From the human T2T-CHM13v2.0 reference genome, Homo sapiens, in assembly GCF_009914755.1 (NCBI RefSeq), contig NC_060936.1: a DNA stretch of 64,000 bases. One strand, written 5' to 3'. This document shows, one piece after another, positions 1 through 16,851 of the stretch; within the stretch, counting starts at the first letter, position 1; each line of letters starts with the position of its first letter. The notes beneath the pieces are model-generated. The model was not told the DNA's origin. It worked only from the letters and a program-made list of their open reading frames with translations, and ran no database searches. Position numbers and translations under genes: made by a program.

Positions 1-100
1 ATAACTTCTAGTAAAATATATTCTTTTGGCATCACAGAAAAGCATTTGATAACAAATATGCAGCAACTATTAAGTGATTTTTCCCGTAAATTTATTTTCT

Positions 101-284
101 GCCTCATATGGCTGATCATATTTCCTTCAGCAATTTTAATTAGTCTTTCCCAGGGCATGTGGCTATGAAAAGCTTTGTACAAAATAAAAGAAGTGACACC
201 TATAGAATAGGTTAGTAGAAATGACTTAGGCTGCACTGCTGATTCTTCAAGTCTCTATGGATCACTTCGAGGGAGAATAGCTAA
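101..284 (+). repeat. Copy 1 of a local ~184-bp direct duplication
   Basis: gcctcatatg...gaatagctaa recurs at 935-1117 with about 10 substitutions and 1 gap by eye. Confidence 0.95.
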
Positions 285-828
285 CTAACCATACCAGTAG
301 TCAGCTAATGGAGTGACAGATTGTGTGCCTGAGGGCTAAATCAATGAATAAGAATATAATCACATGATTTAAAATTCTAGATGGGACATTTTCTCATGCT
401 TAAATAATCTTGGTGTCTTTGGCTCAAAGCTATTTAGATGTATGATGAAGACTATCTCTAACGGATTAAAAATATGAATAGGAATTGTTAACCATTGCTT
501 AGACTATCATGGTTGTCTATAATCCTATATATTTATATTCCCTTCTCCCATGTAATTTAAAGATTTAATCCTTAATCTACAAATTTCTAGCAAGAGAGCA
601 AGGCATTTGAATCTGTTTCTTCCTGATTAATTTGTTCACTTATTGAACGAAGTACAAAGGTAATATGAAATATTAGGAAAGCTATAACAATCTTAACACT
701 TTCATTTCTAACTCTAGCTTTCAAGTTTCATGTTTTGAAAAAAACTCTTAAAAATAATGGCTTTTTTAAAGTAGCAGTCATCTTTAGGATTAATATATTC
801 GTCATACTCAGCAGATTTTCTTGGGAGA

Positions 829-843
829 TCTCTCTCTCTTTCG

Positions 844-885
<42 letters not shown>

Positions 886-934
886 GTTCAGCCATATAAG
901 TCTCTCTCTATAGAGAGAGAGAGCGAGAGAGAGC
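829..934. repeat. Compound (CT)n/(TA)n/(GA)n microsatellite with central palindrome
   Basis: Seen directly; tctctctcta|tagagagaga at 901-920 is a perfect 20-bp palindrome. Confidence 0.95.
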
Positions 935-1117
935 GCCTCATATGTCTGAATATATTTCCTTCAGCTATTTTAACTAGTCTTTCCCAGGGCATGTGCCTTG
1001 AAAAGCTTTGTACAAAATAAAAGAAGTGACACCTATAGAATGGGTTAGTAGAAATGACTTAGGCTGCATTGCTGATTCTTCAAGTCTCTATGGATCACTT
1101 CAAGGAAGAATAGCTAA
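935..1117 (+). repeat. Copy 2 of the local ~184-bp direct duplication
   Basis: About 94% identical to 101-284; flanked by microsatellites on both sides. Confidence 0.95.
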
Positions 1118-1200
1118 TTGTATATATATATATATATACAGAGAGAGAGAGAACAGATATGTATATATAGTATATACATAAAATTATATATTATATATGA

Positions 1201-4200
1201 TTTTTTTTCAATAATTTATTTTTTTTTCAACTTTTATTTTAAATTTAGGGGTACATGGTTACATAGGTAAACATGTGCCATGGTGATTTGCTGCACAGAT
1301 TATCCTATCATGTACGTTTTAAGTCCAGCATCCATTACCTATTTTTCCTCATGCTTTCCCTCCCCTGACCTCCCCGACCCCATCCCCTCACAACAGGCCC
1401 CAGTGGGTGTTGTTCCCCCTCATGCGTCCATAGGTTCTCATCATTCAGATACCACATGTAAGTGAGAATATGTGGAATTTACTTTTCTGTTTTTGTGTAA
1501 CTTTGTTGAGGATAATGGCTTCCAACTTCATCTATGTCCACGCAAAGGACATAGACTCATTCCTTTTTATGGCTGCATAGTATTCCATGGTGTTTATGTA
1601 CTACATTTCTTTATGTACCACATTTTCTTTATGTAGCTCTCTACTTACCTGCTGTTGGTATATAGGTGTGCTAGTGACTTTTTTCACATTGATTTTGTAT
1701 CCTGAGATTGCTGAAGTTGCTAATCAGCTTAAGAAGCTTTTAGGCTGAGATGATGAGGTTTTTGAGATATAGGATCACGTAATCTGCAAAGACAATTTGA
1801 CTTCTTCTGTTCCTATTTGAATGCCCTTTATTTCTTTATCTTGAGTAATTGCCCTGTCCAGAACTTCCAATACTATGTTGAATAGGAGTGGTGAGAGAGG
1901 GCATCCTTGTCTGGTGCTGGGTTTCAAGGGAAATGCTTCCAGCTTTTACCTATTCAGTATGATGTAGGCTGTGGGTTTGTCATATATGGCTCATATTATT
2001 TTGAGGTATTTTCCTTCAATATCTAGTCTATTGAGAGTTTTTAACAGGAAGGGATATTGAATTTTATCAAATAAATCACATTTATTGATTTGCATGTGTT
2101 GAACCAACCTTGCATCTCAGGGATGAAGCCAACTTGATCATGGTGGATAAGCTTTTCGATGTGCTGCTTGGTTTGGTTTGCCAGTATTTCCCTGAGGAGT
2201 TTTGCATCAACGTTCATCAAGGATATTGGCCTAAAGTTATTTTGCTTATATATATATATATATATATATATAAAATCTTCCAGGTTTTGGTAACTTTATT
2301 ATGCTGGCTTCATAGTCACAAAGCAGGCCCTCTGTTTCAGTTTTTTTTGGAATAGTTTTAGTAGAAATGGTACCAGCTCTTCTTCATAACCCTGTAAGAA
2401 TTCAGCTATAAGTCTGTCTGAACCTGGGCTTTTTTTCAGTGGGTAGGCTCTTTATTACTGTCTCAATTTCAGATCTTGTTATTAGTGTAGTCAGGGATTC
2501 GATTTATTCCTGGTTCAGTCTTGGGAGGTTGTATGTGTCCAGGAATTTATCCATTTTTTTCTAGATTTTCTAGTTTATATGCATAGAATTGTTTAGTAAT
2601 CTCTGATGTTTGTATTTCTGTGGGGTCAGTGATGATAGCCCCCTTATCATTTCTGATTGTGTCTATTTGATACTTCTCTTTTTTTCTTTTTTATTAGTCT
2701 AGCTAGTGGTATATCTATGTTATATATCTATTGTTATATATTTTATATGTACTCATTGATATTTTAAGGGTTTTTTAATGTCTCCATCTCCTTCAGTTCA
2801 GCTCTGATCTTTCTGGTAGCTTTGGGTTTGTTTGCTCTTAGTTCTCTAGTTATTTTAGTTGCAATGTGGGTTTTTAACTTGAGTCTTCCTAGCTTTTATA
2901 TATGGGCATTTAGTGCTATAAATTTTCCTCTTTACACTGTTTTAACTGCATCCTGGAGTTTCTGGTATGTTGTCTCTTTGTTCCCATAAGTTTTGAATAA
3001 CTTCTCAATTTCTGTCTTAATTTCATTACTTACCCAAGAGTCATTCCAGAGCAGACTGTTCAATTTTCATGTAGTTTCATGTAGTATTGAGTAAATTTCT
3101 AATCTTGAGCACTAATTTGATTGTGCTGTAGTCCTAGAGGTTGTTTGTTATAATTACAGTTCTTTTGCATTTGCCAATGAGTGTTTTGCTGCTGATTATG
3201 TGATCAGTTTTAGAGTGGGTGCCATGTGGTGATGAGAAGAACGTATATTCTGTTATTTTGGGGTGGAGAGTTCTGTAGATATGAACCAGGTTCACTTGAT
3301 CCAGAGTTGAGTTCATGTCCTGAATATATTTGTTAATGTTCTGTCTCATTGTTAAAGTCTCCCACTATTACTGTGTGAAACTTTAAGTTTCTTTGAAGAT
3401 CTCTAAGAACTTGCTTTATAAATTTGGGTGCTTCTGTATTGGGTGAATATATATTTAGAATAGGTAGCTCTTCTTCTTGAATTGAATCCTTTACCATTAT
3501 GTAATGCCCATCTTTGCCGTTTTTGATCTTTGTTGGTTTAAAGTCTGTTTTGTCAGTAACTAGTATTACAACCCTTGCTTTCTTCTGTTTTCCATTTGTT
3601 TGCTAAAATTTCCTCCATCCCTTCATTTTGAGCCTATATGTTTCTTTTCACATGAGCTGGGTCTCTTGTAGACAGCATATCAATGGGCCTTGGCTCTGTA
3701 TCTAGCTTGTCATTCTGTGTCTTTTAATTGAAGTATTTAGCCCATTTACATTTAAGATTATTATTGTTATGTGTGAATTTGATCCTGTCAGTATGATGCT
3801 AGCTGGTTATTTTGCAGACTTGTTTATGTGGTTACTTTATTGTGTCACTGGTCTGTGTGTTTTTGCAGTGTCTGGTAATGGTTTTTCCTTTCCATATTTA
3901 GTGCTTCCTTAAGGAGATTATGCAAGGCAGGTCTGGTGGTGACAAATTCCCTCAGCATTTGCTTGTTTGTAAAAGATCTTATTTCTTCTTCACTTATGAA
4001 GTTTAATTTGGCTGGATATGAAAGACTGGGTTGGAAATTCTTTTCTTTAAGAAAGTTGAATATTGACCCCCCAATCTGTTCTGGCTTGCAGGGTTTCCAT
4101 TGAGATGTCCACTGGTAGTCTTATGGGCTTCCCTATGTAGGTGACCTGGCCTTTTTCTCTGGCTGCCCTTAACATTTTTTCTTTCATTTTCGCTTTGGTG

Positions 4201-5045
4201 AATCTGTCAATTATGTGTCTTGGAGTTGATTTTTTTTTTTCTGCAGTGTCTTATTGGGGTTGTCTGCAGTTTCTAAATTTGAATGCTTGCCTGTCTTACT
4301 AGGTTGGGGATGTTCTCCTGGATAATATCCTGAAGTACGTTTTCTAATTTGTTTCTGTTCTCCCTTTCAGGTACCCCAATCAGTTACAGGTTAGGTCTTT
4401 TTACATAATCACATATTTCTGAGAGGTTTTGTTCATTTCTTTTCATTCTTTTTTCTCTATTTTTGTCTGCCTGTCTTATTTCAGAAAGATAGTCTCCAAG
4501 CTCGGAGTTTCTTTTCTCTGCTTGATCTCTTTTGCTATTAATACTTGTGGTTGCATTGTGAGTTTCTGTGTTCTGTTTTTCAGCTCTATTAGGTCAGCTA
4601 TGTTCCTCTCTAAACTAGATATTCTGGCTATCAGCTCCTGCATTGTTTTATCATGATTCTTAGCTTCTTTGCACTGGGTTATAACGTGGTTTTTTAGCTC
4701 AGTGAAGTTCATTATTACCCACCTAATATTATGTTACACACCTGACTCCTATTTCTGTCAATTCAGCCATCTCAGTCTCAGCCCAGTTCTGTAGTTTTGC
4801 TGGAGAGGTATTGTCATTTGGAGAAGAGGTGCTCCGACTTTCGAGTTTTCAGCATTTTTACATTGATTCTTTCTCATCTTTGTGGGCTTATCTATCTTTG
4901 ATCTTTGAGGTTGATTACCTTTGAATGGGTTTTTTGTGGGGTCTCTTTTGTTGAATTTGTTGTTGTTTTCTGTTTGTTTTCTTTTAATAGTCAGGCCACT
5001 CTTCCACAAGGCTGCTGCAGTTTTCTGGGGATTCACTCCATATCC
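1201..5045 (-). mobile_element. Older primate LINE-1 (L1PA10-13-like), decayed, with ~1.4 kb internal ORF2 deletion
   Basis: T-rich tail and 3'UTR at 1201-1630; endonuclease remnant (YRTLHPKITEYTFFSSPH, ORF 3134-3349); ORF1 remnants (MRKNQCKNAENSK near 4878; 4476-4712); collinear with the full-length L1 at 11.7-17.9 kb. Confidence 0.93.
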
Positions 5046-5404
5046 TCAAGATGAGATTATGGGAGTATGCCCAAGAGGGAATTAGTCAAAAAAATGTGTC
5101 AAAATTTTGTATGTCACAAAGTGAATTTCTTCTCAGAAACTTGTTTTTGGATCTAAGTAAACAGGTTTTTCCAAATTATTAATGACCAAACAAAATTTTG
5201 AGTCAGTCAAAATAAATCTTTAATTTATTTAAGAGTTCAGGTTTGAAATTGCATCCAAAGGTGTTTGCTCATTTTTACTTAAGGTTTGCTAATAAGGTTA
5301 GATTTTAATTATTGAAAAAATCACTTCATACCATTGCTGAAGTTCTATGAATTGCAATCTTCTAAATCCATTTTGTGATTGATAGGATGAAGTTTTATAG
5401 ATTT

Positions 5405-5822
5405 TGCATGATGCTATTTACTTGTGAAATCTAAAAATGTTAAATTTGGAGAAACAAAGTAGAATGGTGGCTGCTAGGGACCAGGGGAATGTAGAAATGG
5501 GGATCTTGTCAAAGTATATAAACTTTTAGCTATAAGATGTATAAATTCCTGAAATCTTAAAATATAGCCTGGTAACTGTGTTTAATAATAATATATTGAT
5601 GATTGAAATTTGCAAAGATTAGACCTTAAGTGTTCTCAGCACAAACACACAAAAAGGTAACTATGTGAGGTGATGGATATGTTAATTAGTTTGATTGTGG
5701 AAATTATTCCATAAGTTTATAAGGATTTTCACATATATTTTATATCAAAACACCATATTATATACCTTAAATATATACAATCTATTAATTTGTCAGCTGT
5801 ACCTCAACAAAGCTGGAAAAAT
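5405..5822 (+). mobile_element. L1MA8-10-like 3' end fragment
   Basis: Typical L1MA 3'UTR motifs (agaatggtggctgctaggg, ggtaactatgtgaggtgatggatatgttaattag, cctcaacaaagctggaaaa). Confidence 0.8.
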
Positions 5823-6365
5823 ATTTAATAGCTTTTGAATTATAAACCAAATTTTCTTCAACTTTGAGATATTTATTTTTTCACCCCTTTGGCAAAGAAA
5901 TCCAACACTCTGAGTTTGTCTGATGATTGTGTGGGGAGAATTGCCACTGAATCTCAAGCTGTTCAGATTCCTTCTCAATAGCATTCAGGATAATCATTGC
6001 TAGCATGGCATTGAGATGGATCTTAGTCCTGTAAACAATGTTCAAAACTGATGCCTTGCTCTGGAAAGCAGTTCCTGCCACATAAATCATAGATGCCATA
6101 AAAATCACTTGACAGGAGAGGTAAAATTGATAGGCGATTACTACTGAAAGAATGATTGACAGCAAGACAATGCAAAACATCTCTGACTGAGGGAAATGTG
6201 GCCCATAGAGGACTGTGTTTTCAACCCATGAAAAATGGTTTCCACAGCAATAAATAGAAAACTGCTGCTAGCTTATAGATTTCTTCTAAAATGACTGATT
6301 ATGGGAAAAAAGGAAGTAAAACTCCATATATTGAGGGGTAAAGGTGACCTGAATTTTGCTTCCTG

Positions 6366-6544
6366 TAGTGATTCTCAGACCTGCACATATATCACAGTGA
6401 TTAGCGGTGCTTCCGAAGAATGGAGATTCCTCATCCCTACTGCAGACATAGAGAATCTTAAACTACAGGGTGGAGCCTTGGCCTCAGCATTCGAAAAAAA
6501 TCCCACACATGATTAGTATAAATAGTCAGGTTTGGGAATCACAG
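6366..6544. mobile_element. MER5 (hAT-Charlie MITE, MER5B-like)
   Basis: ~180 bp with degenerate terminal inverted repeats (agtgattctca ... tgggaatcaca) and MER5-like interior. Confidence 0.6.
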
Positions 6545-8819
6545 TTAAGAAATATTTTCATAGCAGTTCCTTTAAAAATTTAGCTTTCACCTATGAGGAA
6601 GTCTATTTTTATCATCTTCATTTTCTCTATAGTATTGATTTTACATTAATACACATTCAAACTGTAATAACTTGTTTTTGCATTATCATAATATACACAT
6701 TTTAATCTCTAGGACAGGTCAAGAAATATGATTTCCTTTTCCTAGTAACTTTCGGTATTACCTATTATCTACAGATTGAGACGCAGTCTCTTTTTGTCAA
6801 ATTTGGGACGCAGCGTCTTTTGGTCAAATCTCTCTCCAGTCTGTCTTTGAGCATTTATTTGTGTACCATATCTTCAGCAATCCATTATCAAGCCAAGCAC
6901 TCCAGACAACTATACGTTTGCCTATTATGGTAGAATGGCAAGAATAGCAGTTTCATTATTTTTGTCAATAATAACATCCCAGGAGTAAGAACTGACCAAA
7001 GAGATAATTGAAGTTATCCAGGGATTTAAACCAGCAAGATGGAAACAAACAAATTAAAGAAGTTAAGGTATCCAGCAAGCTGGACAGTGAAGATTTGGAA
7101 CAGTGAATCAAAGTGATTAGAATAGAAAGGACTATAAAACTAGGAGGGTGTGATAGGCTGCCATGATTGGAACAAACAGAGGGAACAGAGGACAGATGAA
7201 AAAGTGATGCAAACTCAATGGATATAGACAAGTAAAAATGCCAGAGAGAGATATTAACAATTTTTGGAAGCCTAAATTGGTAGTTTCTTCCTGTGGTGAA
7301 AATAAAGATAGTTTTCTTTGAGAAAGTACAGCATCTCTAAGATAACACTGTTGAAATTTTCATGTTACGATTGAGATTCCTCAGGATATTAACATGAGTT
7401 TGGATAAACTGAAAAATAATGGAAAAGGTATTAATATATTCTTGAGATAAGTAGGGACTGTGTGGAAATTTGGAGATTGACTTTGATAAAAATGAGAGAG
7501 AGGGTATAGAATCTTATGATATGGACTTTAAATAAGGAGAAATTGTCGAATGTGGTAGAATGATTTTTTGTAATAAAGAGGACAGTGAAAATTATTCCAG
7601 CTTTTTGCCTTGGTGCCAATTGATGTTTGTGGAAGAGGTAATACTTTCTTTCTAATAAGTTTTAACATTTCAATAAATATAGATTAACCATTGCATGTTT
7701 AAAACTAAGCTGTATTTTAGAAGTAAAGGAAGGATATACATGTGAATAAAATGAATTTCTTACCTTTAAAATGTGCTTACAATCGCATCTGGGAGACAGT
7801 TCTGCACCCATCATAATGAATGAACAAGAGACTGAACCAAAGGTACTTATAATATTTATTGTATCCCAAATATAGAACGATTTTGCACAGAATTCCAAAT
7901 TCAAATTGCTATCATGGTATAGAAAACACATTTTAAATCCAATTTAGCGGCATAGGAAATGATCCAATTCTCAAGGCTGGTAGCTGAAAAGAAAAGCTAT
8001 GAATTTATAACTCACATATGTTATTATTTAAACAAATGTATTAAATAATGCTCAAGGTTAAGTTAATATTTTTCTTGATAGAAAGTGAACGCATTTCATG
8101 GGAAGACATCAAGGAAACACAGAGCAAGAGGGCTAATGGATTTTCAACTTGACTGATTTATTCTATTTAAAAGAAGCTGATGAAGAAATTTAAAATTTTT
8201 CCTAGTTTGGGGTTATAAAGAGAAAGAGACACCATGAGTACATTTATTAAATTTGTTTTACATCACTTATAACTTATGTTAATACACATACAACTATTTG
8301 CAAAAAAATACTTCATAGCGGCTGTTGGGCAAGTGTCAATGGTGTGCAATTACTAGGACCTTTGAAAATGACTCACATCTAGCTTGGATCACCTCACTCA
8401 TTAATTACTTTATTCAATAATTTAATAATTCCATTATTAGAAGACTTAATTTAATGGTGGAAACCAATTTTATAAAGACACACTAATGTAGAATAGTAAT
8501 TGCATCAAGCTAATCTTGAGAAAGTAGTACTCGAGTTCAGATTCTGAAGAATGAGATGGAGCTAACTAGAAAGGAGCAAGAAGAAAAAAAGATATAAAAA
8601 TGTGTAAGTTTCTGAGCTTGGAGAAATCATTGGTGAATTGACAGAACTAGAATAAAGCCATCCTGATTTGGCACTGGAAGACATAGGGAGCTTGGTGTCA
8701 AATAAGGCTTGACATGAAGTAGAGGGACAAATTATACAGGATTTTTTGAATATATGCAAGTTATTTTACTTTATATTTAGAAAAATAAGAAACCATAAAT
8801 AACACTTACCAATACTCTC

Positions 8820-9180
8820 AATTATTCTGTATAACAGTCAAGCACAAAAATCTTAGCAGTAGATTGAGAGAGGCAGTTCATCTTTGTTCCTTATGGCTCT
8901 TATTCTCCTTTTAGCCATGGGCTAGCCTGGACAAGTTCTCTCCAAAGGGGTGGAAAAGCACTTACTTGCAAGGCAGGTGAAAAATCCTGAGGCGTCTGAC
9001 GGTCTGGGCTTGGAAATGGATCACTTTGATTTCCAGCTTCAACTAACGGCCAGGCAAATCTCATGGCTGGGGAAATCCACTCTACTACTAAAGTCAAGGG
9101 GTGTGGAAATGTACTTCACTACTCTATTGGGGAAGGAGAAATAATGAAGACTTCTGAGTTTTAATCTAACCTACCACAAT
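8820..9180. mobile_element. Old MaLR LTR fragment (MLT1-like)
   Basis: Resemblance to MLT1 motifs (ggccaggcaaatctcatggctg, tcaaggggtgtggaaatgtact). Confidence 0.45.
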
Positions 9181-9299
9181 AAAGAAATTGTTAAGTATGT
9201 GTTTGTATGTTTGTTTGTGTGTGTGAATGAGAGAGACACAGAGAGAGAGAGATGGAGGGAGAGATGCACTAGAGAGAGAGAGAAAAAATAAAATAACTA

Positions 9300-10090
9300 C
9301 ATTACCTTGTAAAATTATTGGTTCAATATGGAGAATGGATTGGATATATCTATCTATTGATCAATTGGTCTGTTTTTCTATCAAGACCTCTGTAGTGTCC
9401 CAAAGAAATGATAGTTTTTTGGACTTGGTTGAGTGAAGGTCGTGAAAAAAAAGTAGATGAATTTAGGACAGAAAATCAAAAAAACTTGGTGATGCCGTGA
9501 TTTTAAGGGTAGACTAAGAGGAAATTATAAAGATATATATAAAGTTTCTTTCTTGATAAATTGAAAACTTGATGCCGTTCCTTAGGAACAAAGCAGCAGA
9601 AAGTGAACCAGTTTAAATAATTGAATTACGACAAAACATTCTGCTTTGGAAATATTCAATTCCAGGTAAATTTGAGATATCCCAAAAGAAATATTAATTA
9701 GAGAATTAGATTTTAAGGTTTCAATCCTAGAGGAAGCTGTTGATAATAAAAGTTCTCCTCTGTTATTTCTCCTTACGTACCAAAAAAGAATATTGGGAAA
9801 TACTGAAGAGCTAAGTTTTTATTAAAAGCCCAGGTAGAGGAAGAACAGTCATCAAAAGAGTCAGAAGTTGGTAGAATGGTAGAGGGAAAGCCAGAAAATT
9901 GTTGTGTCATGCAGCCGAGTGAAGAGTGTGCTTTAAAAAAGAAATAAATAAGCAAGAGTCAAATGCTGCTTTGAAGTGAAATAAAATGAAAAACAAAAGC
10001 TTCCATTCAATTTCCTGCTTTGCTTACATAAAATAATATTTTTAAAAATGTGATTAGTCTTAAAATTGAGATACAGGTGATAGCTGTTAA
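9300..10090 (-). mobile_element. L2 LINE remnant
   Basis: Purine-rich tract following the antisense L2 consensus (ggagaatggattgga...acttggtgatg...agagtcaaatgctgct). Confidence 0.65.
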
Positions 10091-11936
10091 GAGAAGGAGT
10101 ATTCCAGCGAGGGTATGTTGGTTTGCTTTTGCTTTTATATTTCATTTCATTTTATTGGGTAAATCACCCATATGTTACTATAGAACCATAAATATATCTC
10201 TGGTATTTTGTCCTTCTTTCCCCTATTATTTCTTCTTTATATAAAAATAAACACCCTTCAAACTCTTGCTAGAGCTAAAAATAACATGTGCATGTAAAAA
10301 GGGCACAATATTGTCTTAAGGGAATGTGCTACTTCTCCAAGAGCAATTACAGCAAATAGTATCATGCCAACAGGAGCTGTTGAAAGTTATATTGTTGATC
10401 TGTGGTTGGAGAACAGCATATTGGATATCAGCCATATGAATGGCAAAAATAATCCCCTAATATAATACAATAGTTATATGTAAAGCATTAGGCTGAAGTG
10501 TAATATTTTTTAAATATTAAATTTTAAATTCTTAGTGTACTGAGGATGAGGGGTGCTAAATTTAATTAAGAAATCAACTTCCTCTTTTAAATGATTTTAC
10601 TTTGTATTATGTCAGGAATAGAATGCTCGAAACTAATGTTCAAAGTAAAAAAAAAAATGCTTAAATTTAAATGAATGTAAAATCTTTGTTTTGATTACAG
10701 TGAAGCTACCCTGATTCATTTAATACTAATGGCATCAGTGATGACTCTAAGTTTCGGAAACATTCCATAGAGTACTTCTTAGGTTTTTGCATAACTTAGT
10801 CATATCGAATACTAGAACTGGAAAATGGGTGCGAGCCTTTTTCCCAGGAGAAACCATCATCGAAGTCAGTACTACTCAGAAGATAGTAAATACCCTGACA
10901 AACATGCTGACTTATACAAGTCTTTACCATTCTACTAGAAACCGATATATTCGAATAGTCAAAAAATTTGTGATGAAACCTATAAAGTGATTCAGAGATG
11001 GTAGTTTAAAAAACACAGTTCATTTTTACATCCATTATAATAGCATTGTGCATTATACATTATAAATAATATTTCTTAACATAATATCCAATATGTAAAA
11101 AGCTACATTTGATTACTAAAAGAACATTTTTCACACTATGGTCCTAGAGTGTATAATAGTGGCCACAATATAATCGGTGAAAAATAAGTGGTTGCTGAAG
11201 AAATTGATTTTTATAAAAATATTTTCCAACACACAGAAGGTAAAACAAAAGACTTCAGTGTTTTCGTTCCATATTGATTCTGACCTGCCTGATGGCAAGT
11301 AAATAATACTTAAAGCAGAAACATCAATTGGTAATCTGCTGAGACTGAATAACTCATTTCCCACTTATCATAGAAGAAGGTAGACAATGTTTTCAGGTTA
11401 ATTCTTAATTTTGAAACTTATTCTCTTAAAATGCCTCAACTATGTGAGTTTGCTTTAGGTGATACATAGAAGTTTGAGCAGTTTACCCTCTCATCTGTTG
11501 CGCTTTCTTTAATTTTTTTTTTTATTGTTTCATCTTCACTTGTAGGGTAAAAGAGAACTTGATTGCATAATTATAACGTAACAGATGGTCACTATTAAAT
11601 TTAATACTAAATACCCTATCTAGGGTAATTATGTGGTTCCTTAGTTTAGTAATCAATTCAGGAGCCTGAATAAGAGCATTTATAACATAGTTCTATTTAT
11701 GTCATCTTTGGCTATTTTCTTTTTTTTTATTATTATACTTTAAGTTTTAGGGTACATGTGCACAATGTGCAGGTTAGTTACATGTGTATATATGTGACTT
11801 GCTGGTGCGGTGCACCCACTAACTTGTCATCTAGCATTAGGTGTAACTCCCAATGCTATCCCTCACCCCTCCCCCCACCCCACAACAGTCCCCAGAGTGT
11901 GATGTTCCCTTTCCAGTGTCCATGTGTTCTCATTGT

Positions 11937-15788
<3,852 letters not shown>

Positions 15789-15836
15789 TTATTTTGTGTG
15801 TTAGTTGATGCAGTTTCTTCCTAGTCTTGATGTTCT

Positions 15837-16851
15837 TTACATTTTGGCATGATTTTGCAGCCTCTGGTACCGGTTGTTCCTTTCCATGTTTAGTGCTTCC
15901 TTCAGGAGCTCTTTTAGGGCAGGCCTGGTGGTGACAAAATGTCTCAGCATTTGCTTGTCTGTAAAGTATTTTATTTCTCCTTCACTTATGAAGCTTAGTT
16001 TGCCTGGATATGAAATTCTGGGTTGAAAATTCTTTTTTTTTAAATTGTTGAATATTGGCCCCCCCTCTCTTCTGGCTTGTAGAGTTTCTGCCGAGAGATC
16101 AGCTGTTAGTCTGATGGGCTTCCCCTTCTGGGTAACCCGACCTTTCTGTCTGGCTGCCCTTAACATGTTTTCCTTCATTTCAACTTTGGTGAATCTGACA
16201 ATTATGTGTCTTGGAGTTGCTCTTCTGGAGGAGTATCTTTGTGGCATTCTCTGTATTTCCTGAATCTGAATGTTGGCCTGCCTTGCTAGATTGGGGAAGT
16301 TCTCCTGGATAATATCCTGCAGAGTGTTTTCCAACTTGGTTCCATTCTCCCCGTCACTTTCAGGTACACCAATCAGATGTAGATTTGGTCTTTTCACATA
16401 GTCCCATATTTCTTGGAGGCTTTGTTCATTTCTTTTTATTCTTTTTTCTCTAAACTTCCCTTCTTGCTTCATTTCATTCATTTCATCTTCCATCGCTGGT
16501 ACTCTTTCTTCCAGTTGATCGTATCGGCTCCTGAGGCTTGTGCATTCTTCACATAGTTCTCGAGCCTTGGCTTTCAGCTCCATCAGCTCCTTTAAGCACT
16601 TCTCTGTATTGGTTATTCTAGTTATACATTCGTCTAAATTTTTTTTCAAAGTTTTTAACTTCTTTGCCTTTGGTTTGAATTTCCTCCTGTAGCTCGTAGT
16701 TTGATCGTCTGAAGCCTTCTTCTCTCAACTCGTCAAAGTCATTCTCCATCCAGCTTTGTTCCATTGCTGGTGAGGAACTGCGATCCTTTGGAGGAGGAGA
16801 GGTGCTCTGCTTTTTAGAGTTTCCAGTTTTTCTGCTCTGTTTTTCCCCCAT
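15837..16851 (-). pseudogene. L1 ORF1p (RNA-binding chaperone), frameshifted
   Basis: MGEKQSRKTG start (77 aa) then 270-aa piece ending LQNHAKM; frameshift in the T-run at ~16639-16646. Confidence 0.96.

Noticed and set aside
6778-6831. 27-bp tandem duplication (similar ones at 48435-48486 and 57219-57262)
   Set aside because: Ordinary two-copy slippage duplications without spacers
5793-10244. Numerous 60-99 aa ORFs
   Set aside because: Mostly non-ATG starts, compositionally biased, overlapping decayed repeats, no recognisable domains
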